Assembly: GCF_009914755.1 (NCBI RefSeq)
Contig: NC_060925.1
Length of the DNA stretch: 64,000 nucleotides
Source: the human T2T-CHM13v2.0 reference genome, Homo sapiens
Strand: one strand, 5' to 3'
Positions 14,616 through 27,808 of this stretch are shown here, one piece after another (the stretch's first letter is position 1; each line of letters starts with the position of its first letter). The notes below the pieces were generated by a model. That model was not told the DNA's origin. It made no database searches and worked only from the letters and a program-made list of their open reading frames with translations. Both the position numbers and the translations under genes were made by a program.

Positions 14616-16169
14616 TTGTGGTTGATTTTTTCCTATCCTCTTTTTAAAAGGTGTTTTTTACCTCTGCTTTAGAGCAAAGATGGTATAATTCATCTAGTTT
14701 TATAACAAATGTAAACCAGATACAATAATAATCTACTCAGACCTGTGTGTTCAAATGCAGTTCACACTCAGCATTGCACTAGATGTCCCTGCCCTCCATT
14801 CCTCCCTCTATTTTTCCCTCCATCCCTTGGGCATTTTTCCAAGTCCACATTATTCTATTTGATTGTCTGGGTATTGATATGTGTTATCTCTATGTTCTAG
14901 GCACTGAGCCCAGGGCTAAGTATACTGTGATGAATAAAACACACCATTCCCTAAAACCTTCCTTAATTTTCTCTTTTGTTGAACTCCTCATGTACTTTTA
15001 GTGAGTACAATGACATTTAGGATTAAATTGTTCTCTAATTTTTCTCCTGTGATCTATTTTTGACTTGCTAAGTAGATCAAAGCCTTATTGAAGATTTTGC
15101 ATTGGTAATATTCACAGAGAAAATGTATACCTGAACTGCTGGAGAGGCTCTGGAAAAGTATAGGAGCACCTGTCCTAACTTTTAGGGTCATGGAAGACTT
15201 AGGAGAGGACATCTAAGCTAAGTAGGATAAGTAGAATGTAATCAGGTGAAGATTGAAAGTGGGGAAAAGGCTGGCAGAGTGTAGGATCCCATTCCATATT
15301 CAAGAAGTGGTTTTGCAAAGAGAAGATAAAGTATAGCATATTTAAAAGATGCATAGGTACTTCAGAATCACCAAACACAAACTGCAAGGGGGTAGATGTG
15401 GAGAATAAGGTACACCATGAAAAATATACAGGGACAATACAAAAGAGCAAGATGAAGGGTCAACATTGTGCTATAGAAACAAAATTCCCTAAAGTAAGTT
15501 TTCTGGTTTTGTCAGTGACTTTATAGGCTGTGAGATAGAGGAGGTCAACCCTAGTTGGAGCAGTATGCAAAGCAGAGATGGCCTTATATTGCGGAGTGCT
15601 TTGGATAGCCAGAGAGGTGGAGGGATCGACTTCAGTCTGGGAAGACCCCCTGAAAAAATGCCCAGTGGCTGGCAGTCATTTTGATGGGCTTTCTGCCTGA
15701 AACAGGGATTTCTCCTCAAAGGCAAATGAGATACAAATTTACCCAATGGCACATCCTAATAACTGAAGCAGGAAGACAAAACAGGTTCCTCAGGTCCCCA
15801 CTCAACCAGCCATTTGCTAGAACACAAAATTATCTGCATTCAAATGCCAATTTTTTTTGAGTCACTGAATATGCTTTCTTTGCCTTTTCATTATTTCTTA
15901 ATAATAATCATATAGCACTGACATCATTTATATCCAAGTTTGCAGTTAAATAGATCAGTTAATAAGTTGTACAAAGAACGGTGTGTTCTATACTGAAATA
16001 AGTGGCAATGATCTTATCTTCAGAGTATATCATCATCTATTTGGTTCTCAAAAACATCATCATCATTATAATTACTTTATTAATTCTTTTAGCTACTATT
16101 TTTTAAAGTTCTTTTTATGTTCCAAGCACTGTGGTAAGTGCTTTACAAACTGTAAGAGACATAAAGCTT

Positions 16170-16716
16170 TTCTGTATGTCTAGCCTCCCTTCCTTCTTTC
16201 AGAAATAATGTCTTTTTTTGTTTGTTTGTTTGTTTTGCTTTTAGGAGACCAGCCGTTTCTCATTCTCACTCTACGCAGTCAACTCCATGCATTCACAGTT
16301 TTACCCTTCTCTCTCTCCAGGCTTTATAGTGGTGGTAGTCATGGGACAGCACAGGACGCAGGCCTGGCTTAGGTGGGCACATGTCCTAAAGTGGTCTGAG
16401 CCATACTGAGGCCTGCACTTTTGCTGGAGCTATTGGAAAAGAGGTCCCTGGGTATAAGAGCCACTTAAATCTGGAGCGGGCTGAGCCCACCTGGTACCAT
16501 GAGAAGAAAATCTGCCAGATATTGAAGTCAACACACAAGAAAGCAGAGCCAGGAGATGGAGACAAGGCAATAGCATCCTCAATATATTAAATTCCAAAGC
16601 TGGCTGTTCCTGAAGAGAGTATGTATCTGGACCTTTCAGCTATGTGATCCAATATATGTCTCTATCTTTACAAAACTACTTTGAGTTGGGCTTTTGTTCT
16701 TGGCTGCTGAAACAGG
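16170..16716 (+). mobile_element. MLT1K/J-like MaLR LTR
   Basis: gaagtcaacacacaagaaagcagagccaggagatggaga...ctggacctttcagctatgtgatccaata...tttgagttgggcttttg. Confidence 0.65.
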
Positions 16717-17896
16717 CAGAGCCATTATATGACTAAAAAGCTCCTGTTCTTAACGACCAATATCTCCAAGGATATTGGAGAAATGCTGGTGAAATAATGT
16801 GAGTAAATTTAAAAAGGAATCCCTCTTCACCTGCCCCCAAGTTTCGTGAGCTTTTTTAAGGGTACGTTTTCCATAAGGAATGTGCTTACTATTGCAGATT
16901 AGCAATGTGTTAGTTTGTCCATACGAAAGCAAGTAGCACTTATTTCCTTGTGGACAAGTGCATCCCCTGTGGTCCTGCTAGTACTATTTCAGTCCTAACG
17001 GGGTGATCAAGGGTTTGAGGCACCCTCTCAATACAAGCCCCAACCAAGGGAGGGTCCTAGCTCTTCTCATTTGAAAATGGTAAGCAAGCACTTCTCACTT
17101 CTAGATGGGAAGCCTGCCGATAACAAAAAATAGTTTTGCTTAAATATAGGCAGGCTTGAATTTGATGAAATGGCCCCCTCCGGTGGTTAGAGCAGCTGCT
17201 ATAGTCTCCTTCCTCCTTAAGGTGGGAGACCTAAAATGAACCTTACTTAGTCTATTGCTTGTAAAGCCCACTGTTCTCTGAAATTTACTGCTTTGGTAAA
17301 ATCTGCACAACTTAGAGTGCAGTGACAGCTGTATAACCGCATCGTTCAAGAAATCCTCAGTGTGAATGACTTTTAAATATTGGATGGATTGCCTTACATT
17401 CTGGGAGTGTTACTTTCACCCTCATTTATAAGGGGAAGCTCATAAAATAAGCTTCTCAGGAGTATACATTAATAAGAACAAAACAACCTTAACACAGCAG
17501 ACTAATTTATCTATGTTTAATCTGTCTTGTAAAATAGCAAGATTAAAATGGAGGTACGTCACAGAAGATCAAAACATGTAGGCTCCTTGAAGTCCCTGCA
17601 CATTTGGCCTAAATGCTTCCTAGCTCGTTTTTAAATCAGCTGATGTGAATGAGAAGTTATTTTTAAAAAATCAGACAATCAGAGTGCCCTGTACTAGAAA
17701 GAGACGACCTGTATGTTTGCTGACCATTGTTCTAGTGCTTGCTAGGGAAAGTTACCTGGAATTAGTAATAGAAAGAAAAGAACACATTATGGATGCTAAG
17801 GATAATTCTTCTTCTCTCTCTTAAATTTCATGAGACTTAAAAGGTGATTCTACAGTTTTTGACATGATTCTTTAAAATATTTTTAGAAATATTTTA

Positions 17897-18196
17897 TTTT
17901 ATTTATTTATTTTTGAGATGGAGTCTCGCTCTGTCACCCAGGCTGGAGTGCAGTGACACGATCTTGGCTCCCTGCAATCTCCACCTCCTAGGTTCAAGTG
18001 ATTCTTCTCTCTCAGCCTCCTGAGTAGCTGGGAGTACAGGCATGCACCACCATGCCTGGCTAATTTTTTATATTTTTAGTAGAGACAAGTTTCACTGTGT
18101 TGGCAAGGTTGGTCTCAAAGTCCTGACCTCAAATGATCCACCCTCCTTGGCCTCCCAAAGTGCTGGGATTACAGGCATGAGCCACTGTGTCTGGCC
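17897..18196 (-). mobile_element. AluSx/Sz
   Basis: Full antisense Alu; TSD agaaatatttta (17885-17896/18198-18209). Confidence 0.93.
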
Positions 18197-18499
18197 CAGA
18201 AATATTTTAACTTAGCACTTTGGTGTCAGATTCATAGGAGCCAATGCATACAAAATTATTTATTTCGTTTGAAAAATAATTCTGTAGAGGTCATTGCAAT
18301 GTTGAGTTCTTGATCTTTAAATCCTTTTAAAATTTTAGATGGGCATTGCTAACGGGAGAGATACAGTTCACACCAAATAGATACCACGGATCATTCTCTT
18401 TTTAAAGTGTTCCTCTTTGAGATTCCCCACCCCACCTCCCCCCACTTTGCTGTGCCTCCATTCTCAACAAGCATCTTAAACATTGTTTATCCCCCATCC

Positions 18500-19390
18500 T
18501 CTGTCTTTGGCCATCTTCTCAATATATACCCTCCTTCTGAGTGTTCTCATCCAAACTCATGGCTGTATTTACTATCCATCACTGTAGTTTCCTAAATTAA
18601 TATTGCTATTTAAAATTGAGCTGTACCCTGACCTTCAGAGCTATACATAAAATGGGCTGCCCAACATCTACTTGAATGTCCCATAAGGATTCAAATTCAG
18701 TATAGCAAAACTGAGCTTAATATATCTTCTCCCTGAATTTAGTTCCAGTTCATTTCATGGCCTCAAAACCCCGTATCTGGGAAACATACCAGAATCTTTC
18801 CTTACCTTCTTCCACAACCAACCGGTTACTATATGCTATAATATTTACCTTTTTGGCATTTCTGGTATTCGTCTTCTCGTTACCATCTTCACTGCTGTTG
18901 CCCTCATTGAGGCACTCATCTCTTACCTGGACTATTATAAGAGATTCTACTTTCAACTGAACAAACACATTGTAGCCAGAATTGCTTTTCCTAAATGCAA
19001 ATCAAATCACGTTCTTCCCCATATCCCTCTTTTTTTTTTGAGACAGAGTCTCATTCTGTCAAGTGATTCTCCTGCCTTAGCCTCCCAAGTAGCTGGGATT
19101 ACAGGCACACACCACCATGCCTGGCTAATTTTTGTATTTTTAGTAGAGACGGAGTTTCACCATGTTGGCCAGGCTGGTCTTAAACTCCCGACCTCAGGTG
19201 ATCTGCCCGCCTCGGCCTCCCAATGTGTTGGTATTAGAGGTGTGAGCCACCATGCCCAGCCTATGTTCTTCCCCTTTTAAGACACTTCAGGGTTGTTGTT
19301 GTGTGTTTTTTTTTTTTGTAAGCATAAATTTAAATTTCTTGATGCATCATACATGATCCTCTACATCTGGCTACTGACCACTTCTCTATA
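18500..19390 (+). mobile_element. L2 fragment interrupted by an Alu
   Basis: catctacttgaatgtccc...tcatctcttacctggactatt...ttttcctaaatgcaaatcaaatcac. Confidence 0.6.
19028..19261 (-). mobile_element. AluSx with ~60-bp right-arm deletion
   Basis: tctcattctgtc|aagtgattct junction; TSD gttcttcccc (19011-19020/19265-19274). Confidence 0.88.
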
Positions 19391-19900
19391 TCAGTTGTCT
19401 ATTGCCCTGATAACACTGTGTAACCAACAACCACAAAATCTCAAGGACATACTTAAGAAACATTTATTATTCCCTTGTCTAGGCTGGTCTGCTGTGGACT
19501 TTGCTTGATCTTGGCTGGAGTTGCTCTTATGTCTGGAGGTTGGCTGGCCTTGGCTGGTCTAGAGTAGACTTAGCTGGAATAACTGGGGCAACTTGGCTCT
19601 GCTCTATGTGTTCCTTGTCCTCTGGCTGACTAGCCTGGGCATGGTTAATGGGGATGACAGAGATGCAAGAGAGAGCATAAGCAGAAATATACAAAGTTTC
19701 TTGAGGCCTAGGTTCAGAATTGGCACATCGTCATGTTTGCTAAGTTGTATTAGCCAAAGGAAGTCCTAAGACTGGCTCAGATTCAAGGGTTCGGGAGACA
19801 GATTCTGCCTCCAATTAGGGGAACTGCAAAGTCACATGACAATGGGTTGACTACAGGAAGTGGGGGAGAATTAGAGTTTTTATTGCACTGTCCATCATAT
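19388..19900 (-). mobile_element. MLT1H/I-like MaLR LTR
   Basis: ctgtgtaaccaacaaccacaaaatctc...cttgaggcctaggttcagaattggcaca...actgcaaagtcacatgac. Confidence 0.7.
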
Positions 19901-20019
19901 ATTTCAAGAAAGCTTCCACTTTCTTCCTTCCTCAGGACAAACAAGGAACAAAGAAACTCTCCACTGAAATTTTCAAATTTCATTACGGATAATGCAAGGA
20001 AAAGGAGAAAACGTCAAAG

Positions 20020-20612
<593 letters not shown>

Positions 20613-22284
20613 CCTGATTATAAAAGTTTTAAATAAGGAAAGGCAATTATTTAAAAAATAAGAAAATGCAGATGCCCAGGGTTTGCTACTGGAGAGATCT
20701 GATTCAGAAGGTCAGTAAATTGAATTAATACATTAATTTTGTATCTTTCCTTCAGCTTCTTTGGAACACTGAATATGAAACACAAAGTAGAACTTCAGAA
20801 CTGATGAACTATTATTAGAAGTGGTTTGATTTGAAAATGTGGAAGTCAATTGTGGGAAGAGGGCATAAGGATGGAGATAACTATGTTTAAAACTTATTTT
20901 GAAAGTAGACAACAGCTAACATTAGTGTTCCGTGATGACGGGAAGTGGAGACAATGCAGCTGCTAAATGAGTCCCTTTAAATATTGACATGACTGACTCT
21001 AGTGCGACATGTTTAGTAGGAAGTGGGAGAGGAAGTAAAAATAGACCAAAGCAAACATTTGCTCAAGATAGACGAAGAGCAATACATCCTCTCTGTGCCC
21101 CTCCACCCCTATGAAAACATGGCTCTAAGCTTCTGACAACTTTTTTTCTCCCGTTTCTATTGTTATGGTCATGGTCATGATTTAGCACATTCTGGTGACT
21201 TTCATATATGCTCCTCTGACCAAATTCTAGATAAATGTTTTATGTTTACATTGTCACAACTCTTCAGGAATGAAGGTTACTCTCTCCCTTCATTAGAGAC
21301 CGAAAATAAATGTTCAGCAGTAGAATCTTTTTCAACATTACTTTAAAAACGCAATCTCAAGGGGTCTCAGTTTTAAAGATTATGGAATTATGTATAGACT
21401 CCTACAAAATAAATGGGAGAAGTGGAGGCAACTGCTTAGGTTCCTGAGGACAGATATTGTTTTTCTGAAAGTTTTAGTTAATTGAAGCAACAGTCAGTAA
21501 GATCTGATGCAGTTGGACGATAGCTCTGTTCTCTACTGTGTCTTTCATGCATGATGTGGACAAAAATTCCTGTAGAGAAATTGAAAAACAGAGGAATGAA
21601 CAGAACATGAAAGAAGTTTCTTTTATCTCTCTTTTAATAAGTGAAAATAATGGGCTATGAAAGTTAACTCACTCAAACTATATAGGATGTTAGGCAACAA
21701 TTTTTCTATGTAAAGTAACTGAATTCATTGCATCTCAGTTTCTGTTGTCTGAGAAAATATTCCTAGAGGCATGTCAGGTAGGATTTGTAGAAAGATGGTA
21801 AACACTTTAAGAAGGGTCCACTTATTTCTCTCTGTCTCTTCTCATTGTGCTGAGTAGATGCATTTAGAATTAGATTGCATTAAAAATTTTTAAATGGTAG
21901 GCATTCATTGAGCGAAATGATAAAAATTCTTATTCTCTACTTAACTTTCTGCTTCATTCTTATTTAAACTGCACATTTTATTTAAAACTAAGTACCTAAA
22001 AATGAACAATGTGCTGGTGAGTGTATCCGTTCTTCTGCCTAAGCACACCTTGGTAAGGAATGATAGTAATAAACCCTGAGAATATATGGGAAGTGCTGTT
22101 CTAAAATGAAATCATAAAACTTACACAAAATGACAAGCAGGCAGCTTGAAGGAGAGGGAAATGGTTCTGAAATATGGGCAGAATTCTGGCTTACATCTTG
22201 GCACTTTCAGGAGTTGCAGTATGGAAGAAAAAGCAGAGTTCATGTGAATTATTTGAATTTTGCTAACTGGGATAGGCTGGGGAA

Positions 22285-22430
22285 GGTGTGTCATAGTCAG
22301 ATTAATAGCATAGGCTTTGAAACTTGACCAGCTTGGGTTTGAATTGTAATAGGCTCTACCCTTCTAGAGCTGGTGTAAATAAAGTGCTTAGCACAGTGTA
22401 GCATGCAGCAAGTGCTGAATAAATGGTACC
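22285..22430 (+). mobile_element. MIR fragment
   Basis: gcataggctttgaaacttgaccagcttgggtttgaat...aaagtgcttagcacagtg. Confidence 0.55.
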
Positions 22431-22771
22431 TCTATTCACAAGGGAGCAGATACCGACGTGAAGTAATCTGATGTTAACTGGTAGAGTTCTCCTGTCATCC
22501 ACCCTCAGCATCTCATTTCACAGTATATGAAGTGCCATCTTAAGTTTTAATTTCTTCACATCTTAAAGCCTTTTTAATCTTCCAAAAGTCAATTTTAAAA
22601 GGCTCTGGATCTCTTCTTATCATTAGCTAGTATAAATAGAGGTCAGTTTAATTTTCTACTATGTATTTTAAATGATCAAAATGACAATTCATTTTATTAA
22701 TAATTACTAAAAGTACCTATATTTTTGGAAAGTATACATCCAAGATAAGCTTATTAGGAATTAGCTGTGTC

Positions 22772-23030
22772 ACAGTGTTTTTCAAATTGTGTTTCACTTT
22801 ATTATACTATCTATGATATCTGCTTTGTAAAAAAAAGTTGCCATAATCTAATAAGGTTGAGATATGCATACCTGAAGACTCACAATGCACATCAGCATAT
22901 TAAAGTTCTGAAACTATTCTACAGAAAAGAAACCTTTGCTTAACCTAGAATTTTCCAAACCAATTTGACTAGAGACTACTGTTGTTAGACAACATCTGTT
23001 AATATGCCATAGTTACATTTTGGTTTAAGA
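22772..23030. mobile_element. MER103C-like hAT-Charlie element
   Basis: cagtgtttttcaaattgtgtttc...gactcacaatgcacatcagcatattaaag...ttccaaaccaatttgac. Confidence 0.65.
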
Positions 23031-26000
23031 CTACATTCTAGTTTAAGAGATTATTTTCCAAACTTAATAGTTAACTGGGAAAGTCAGACTCTTTAGGAAT
23101 AGAGCATAGATTAGGCACTTGTGACAAGTGGATAGCAGAGAGGATCCTAAAAGGGAAGGCAAGAGGATGACAGTGAACTCTGTCCTACATAAAAAGAGCA
23201 GAGAAGAGATTCATGCAACTATTAGTCTACTTATAGTTTAGTTACATGCTTAGCCACTGACCTGTGTCTAACTTAAATCAGTGAACTATCTGCTTCCCAG
23301 TTTTTTCTCCATCAAATGTCAGGGGGCAAGGTGAGATACCTTCTAGGGTTCCTTCTAGATCAGCTATCCTAGTCTTTAACTATTTTGTTTTGAAAAAAAG
23401 TATGGTATTTTTTACTTTGGTGGCAGTAGTGGTGGTATACATTTATGTTACCTTTATAGAGGTCTATTTGTTTTCTTTCAGGAAATCTAGACTGTCCTAT
23501 ACATCAGTGAAAAACTTTGATATAAAGAATTTTAGTCTTTTTTATAGTTTGAAGAATACTGCTTATTATAGCTCGAAGTTTCCATTTAAATATGTTTTAT
23601 TAAAGCAAAAACTGAATTAATTTAAGTTTTTTTTAAGTAGTGGGAGTTATTTTAGGTGGACCAGATCAACTCATGATTTCATTGTTTCATCTTTTATGTC
23701 CACTTGGCTTACTGGCAAACAAATGGAATTAATCTTTAAACAATGGAAGAATTAGAAGATACCTCATGCTCAGTGGCTAACTGGAATTACTCCATAAGCC
23801 AACAATTGTATTTCACTAATGTGTTCGCTGTTGACTCAGGTTATCATGGTCTTGGAGAGGGATTGTTGTATTTTCATACAACCAGCCCTGCATGTCAGGT
23901 GGTTAGCTTTTGTTTTGAGATGAGCTGTAGAGGATTCAGAAGCTTTAGGGACTTAATAGCCATAAAGTGGGTTGGTTGACAAAGGTGCAGAATAAAAAGA
24001 GAGATCTAGAGGGCATTACTAACTTCTGAATGAAAGGTATGCATATCACTGGATTTTTACAGTAGCAGGTGATCATGAGTTACTGTTTTTAAACTTGCTC
24101 ACTTTTGCCTTACGTAAGGGAGGTATTTTGATAAAATCCATGGTTACATTGTAAAATAATTATTCATCCATTAAAGCAATTCCAATGGTACTATTTTAGA
24201 CATAAAGCATACCAATACTGTTTGTAGCCAAATTTAATAATGATACTACAAGAATTATTTTTCTACCCAAGAACTTTTTTTTTTCTCTTTTCCCTCCTTC
24301 AATTCCTGGCATGGGAGAGAGAATAATTTCTGTAAAACCGAAGTCTTTTCTCAAGACAACGTGATTATGCAGAACATTAGGTCTCCTTTTTTACCAAACA
24401 GGAAGTGCTTTGAACTTGTTGGATGATAACATGTCAGCATTTATTTTTGATGAACAACTCAAGAATATGAAATTGATTTGAATTAAAAATTATTTAATAA
24501 GTTTCATTTAATATTCATCCTTTGGAGCTGTAGTCAGCTCCAAATGAACTCTAATAATCTTTAAATCTGTTAAATCACTTTAATAATCTTCATCTTTTTA
24601 ATTTAATTGATGTATTTATTGTCTTTTAATATCCAGAAAGATGACCATTTCTTACCTTGGAGAAAGGACATTAGGATTATATACCTCACTGGCTGAGTTT
24701 AGAAAAGTAGTAATTATCTTTCAGTGATAACAAGTGTATAGCTCATAATAGAAGAATTCATATTTCCTAAGATTTTTAAAGAAGTACTGCTCAATTTAGC
24801 AAAATTGTTACAGTTTTACAATTGCACCTCTTCTCTTTTTAGGTGTTAAATTGCATTTGGACTTTTATGGCTAAACAAAACAAATATTTCAAGAGGTAAG
24901 AAGGTACATGATGAACACACTTCCTTAGTTAAATGAAAATAAAGGAGTTTTAAAGAGGAAAATTGAACTAACCAAGTTGAAATAAGGTCTGAGGAAAATC
25001 TAGATCTCAGACACAAAGGAAATCTTTATCTTTTAAAAAATTCCAAAAGGCTTGCACTTATACCAAGCTTTTGAGTTGAGAATAAAGGCCAAATGCAATA
25101 AATTTAAAAAAAAAACCTGTTGGAAATGTTTAACGATATGCATGGAGACATATTCTTCAATCCAGATATGAGCTTGGAAATTTAATATGAAGCTTGTATT
25201 ACTAAATGTGCAATTATAAAAGGGAGGATGTGCAGTGGCCTAGAATTTTCTGTACATGGGCTTGGACTTTGGGGAATGGAAGATTCGTGTTTGAATTCAT
25301 GAATTCATGAGTTTTGTCATCATGTACACATCATGTCATTTGAGCAGCCTTAGCTTCCTCATCTGCAAAGGGACAAGACTATCAATTATTGCACTGACCT
25401 TTAAGACCATTTTCACCTTATTATTTTATAATTCTATGATTTATAATGGTAGTTTTTCTCTAGATAGCATTTTTCTGAGATCCAATTGGATCCTTTGATC
25501 CTTTGAGATACAATATTTTTGCATTTAAAATAACATATGGCATCCTTTCAATTACCTGAAGAAACAGAAAAAGGTTTATTTCAACTTTAAGAAGACTTAT
25601 TTTTAATAATCCTGAAATTTTGAGGCATTAACTATTACTAGACACAGACCAGATTAGGAACTGGGGCTTATTAACATTTTGCTCTTCTGAAATTTTTATC
25701 ATTAAGTCATTTTTGTGAAGAAGTTTCAAATAACATGGTTAAAATTCTCAGAGAATAACAGAAATGAAAATGAGTAAGATCAACATCAAACCACCACTAT
25801 CCATCCTGACAAATGCCTTATAGTTCCAAAAATTCTCACAAACTGTTTCATAGATTTGGGCCTTGATCCCATCACCATTCCAGGAAAAAACAAATACCTA
25901 CGTGAAGCAAGTTGGTAACTTAGTCATAACTCTTAAGATAGCTCTTGCGTTAGGGAAGCTGAAGTGTGAAAAGACAATGAGGATTTCCTTTCATTTGGCA

Positions 26001-27662
26001 GGACAAATAGGATTATAGAGTAAATCCATTGAAGAGGAAGAGAAACAAGGCACCTTGACCCTGACTGAACTTCCTTGTGTGATTCCCCCCAGGGGTGAGG
26101 AGAATGAGCTGACAGATTCTCAGTAATGCAGCCAAGGATGTGAAGAGGCAGGTCCGGAGCTTGCTGGAAGGACCAACTGTGCACACTCACGTTGGCAAGG
26201 TAATGAGTGGGAAGACAATACGTGCTCCAAAGCATCAAATGGCCTTGCTGTCCCTCTAAGCTTCTTCCTCTATTATATAACATCCTAACAAGGTTTTAAT
26301 GAGAACCCAAATAGTGTTTTATTTAGCTGTGAACTGTAAACCACTTGGATACACTCTCCACTGGCAAAGTAAAATAACAGTTTTTATTACACCTGTGGTA
26401 TAGATAGAAGGATAATGTAGCCAAATGAAAATCTAAAACAATCGATTGTTTCTGCAGCAAGTCTTTTGCTATGATTTGCCCCAAATATGCAACTTGATGG
26501 CTCAGCTTCACTCCCTTTCCTTTCTTTGACTCATGAGATTCAAAGAGCTCTAGAATGTTAAGGAGAGTCAGAAGGAACAGGACAGGAAATAGAGCAGTAA
26601 AAAGAAGAAAAGGTGCTAGATTTTATACAACCTGGGCAATCAGGACAGAAGTTTCTAAGACTTACTGCTTCAAATACTCTTCAAGGATCAAACTAATTAA
26701 ATCAAACAATGTGAAAGGGAGGACAGTCATATTCATTCATTCATTCATTCATTCATCATTTGTTAAGTTACTCAACAAATGAATGTTTTATCGCCCACTG
26801 TGTCCTTGCTACAGCCTAGAGGTGAACTTGTGTCCATGACTCTTTCCTTCCTCTATAAACAGGTTCAGCTCCTCACCTGCCCTCCCCCTTGGGCTCAGAC
26901 ACCTGAAGCACACACTTCGCTGCATGCACTGCTACCTCTGCCTATCTTCCCAGGCTGGCTTCCTGAATGCCACTGGCTCTTCTTATCAGTTCACTGAATC
27001 TTTGCTCCTACCCTTGGTTTGGGTCCCATTCTTGTCTTCGTCATCTCCTTGAACTTAACCACTAGCTGAGCAACCCCTGATGAACATGATCTTCAAAATT
27101 CTGTTTTTTACTTCTCTAACACTCTCTCACTTATGAAGGCTCTCTTTCACCATGAGGTCACACGGCTCTGGCACAGTGCTTAGCACACATTAAGCCCTTA
27201 CTCTATGTTTATTGAATAAATGAATGAGGGCCTTGGAGCCTCTTTGGCTCCTTCTACCCTTTCTCTGAGCCACAGATGTCACTTCCCCTCTGCTGTCACC
27301 TACAGCAACCAGCGTGCCCCACAGACTCACTTCCTATGTACTTTCAGCTCCGGAATCCCAGCTGAGCCAAGGCCCTGGCTTTACTTTACCTGGGAGAAGA
27401 GATCAGACCTCTACCCTCCGAAATAGCTGACCATTCATCTGGCAAATAATGGAACACCCTGACTGATTTCCTTGTGTTGGCTGTGTTAAAATAGCTTAAT
27501 AATCTCCATGCAACAGAACTCCCTTGAGTAAATGTGAGTTTCAGACCCATCAGTGTTTGTGGCAATTATTCTGAACTGTTTTCCTTTAGCTAACCTGCTC
27601 GCATTTCTATCCTTCCCCTCACTTCCCAGATCTTACTTAGCTCAGCCTTCCAGGTACCCTTT

Positions 27663-27808
27663 CTTTTTTTTTCCTGAAAATTTTTTTTTTATTTTATTTT
27701 ATTATTATTATACTTTAAGTTTTAGGGTACATGTGCACAATGTGCAGTTTAGTTACATATGTATACATGTGCCATGCTTGTGTGCTGCACCCATTAACTA
27801 GTCATTTA
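27663..27808 (-). mobile_element. Short 5'-truncated L1PA (L1PA3-like) 3' end
   Basis: ttatactttaagttttagggtacatgtgcacaatgtgcag...cacccattaactagtcattta; TSD tacccttt (27655-27662/27807-27814) ending at a TTTT/AA site. Confidence 0.9.

Noticed and set aside
16993-17079. Possible + strand exon ending ATG|gtaagc
   Set aside because: Weak acceptor, stops in all frames, no other support
25933-26283. 116-aa ORF in unique sequence
   Set aside because: Non-ATG start, no recognisable family; length within chance expectation
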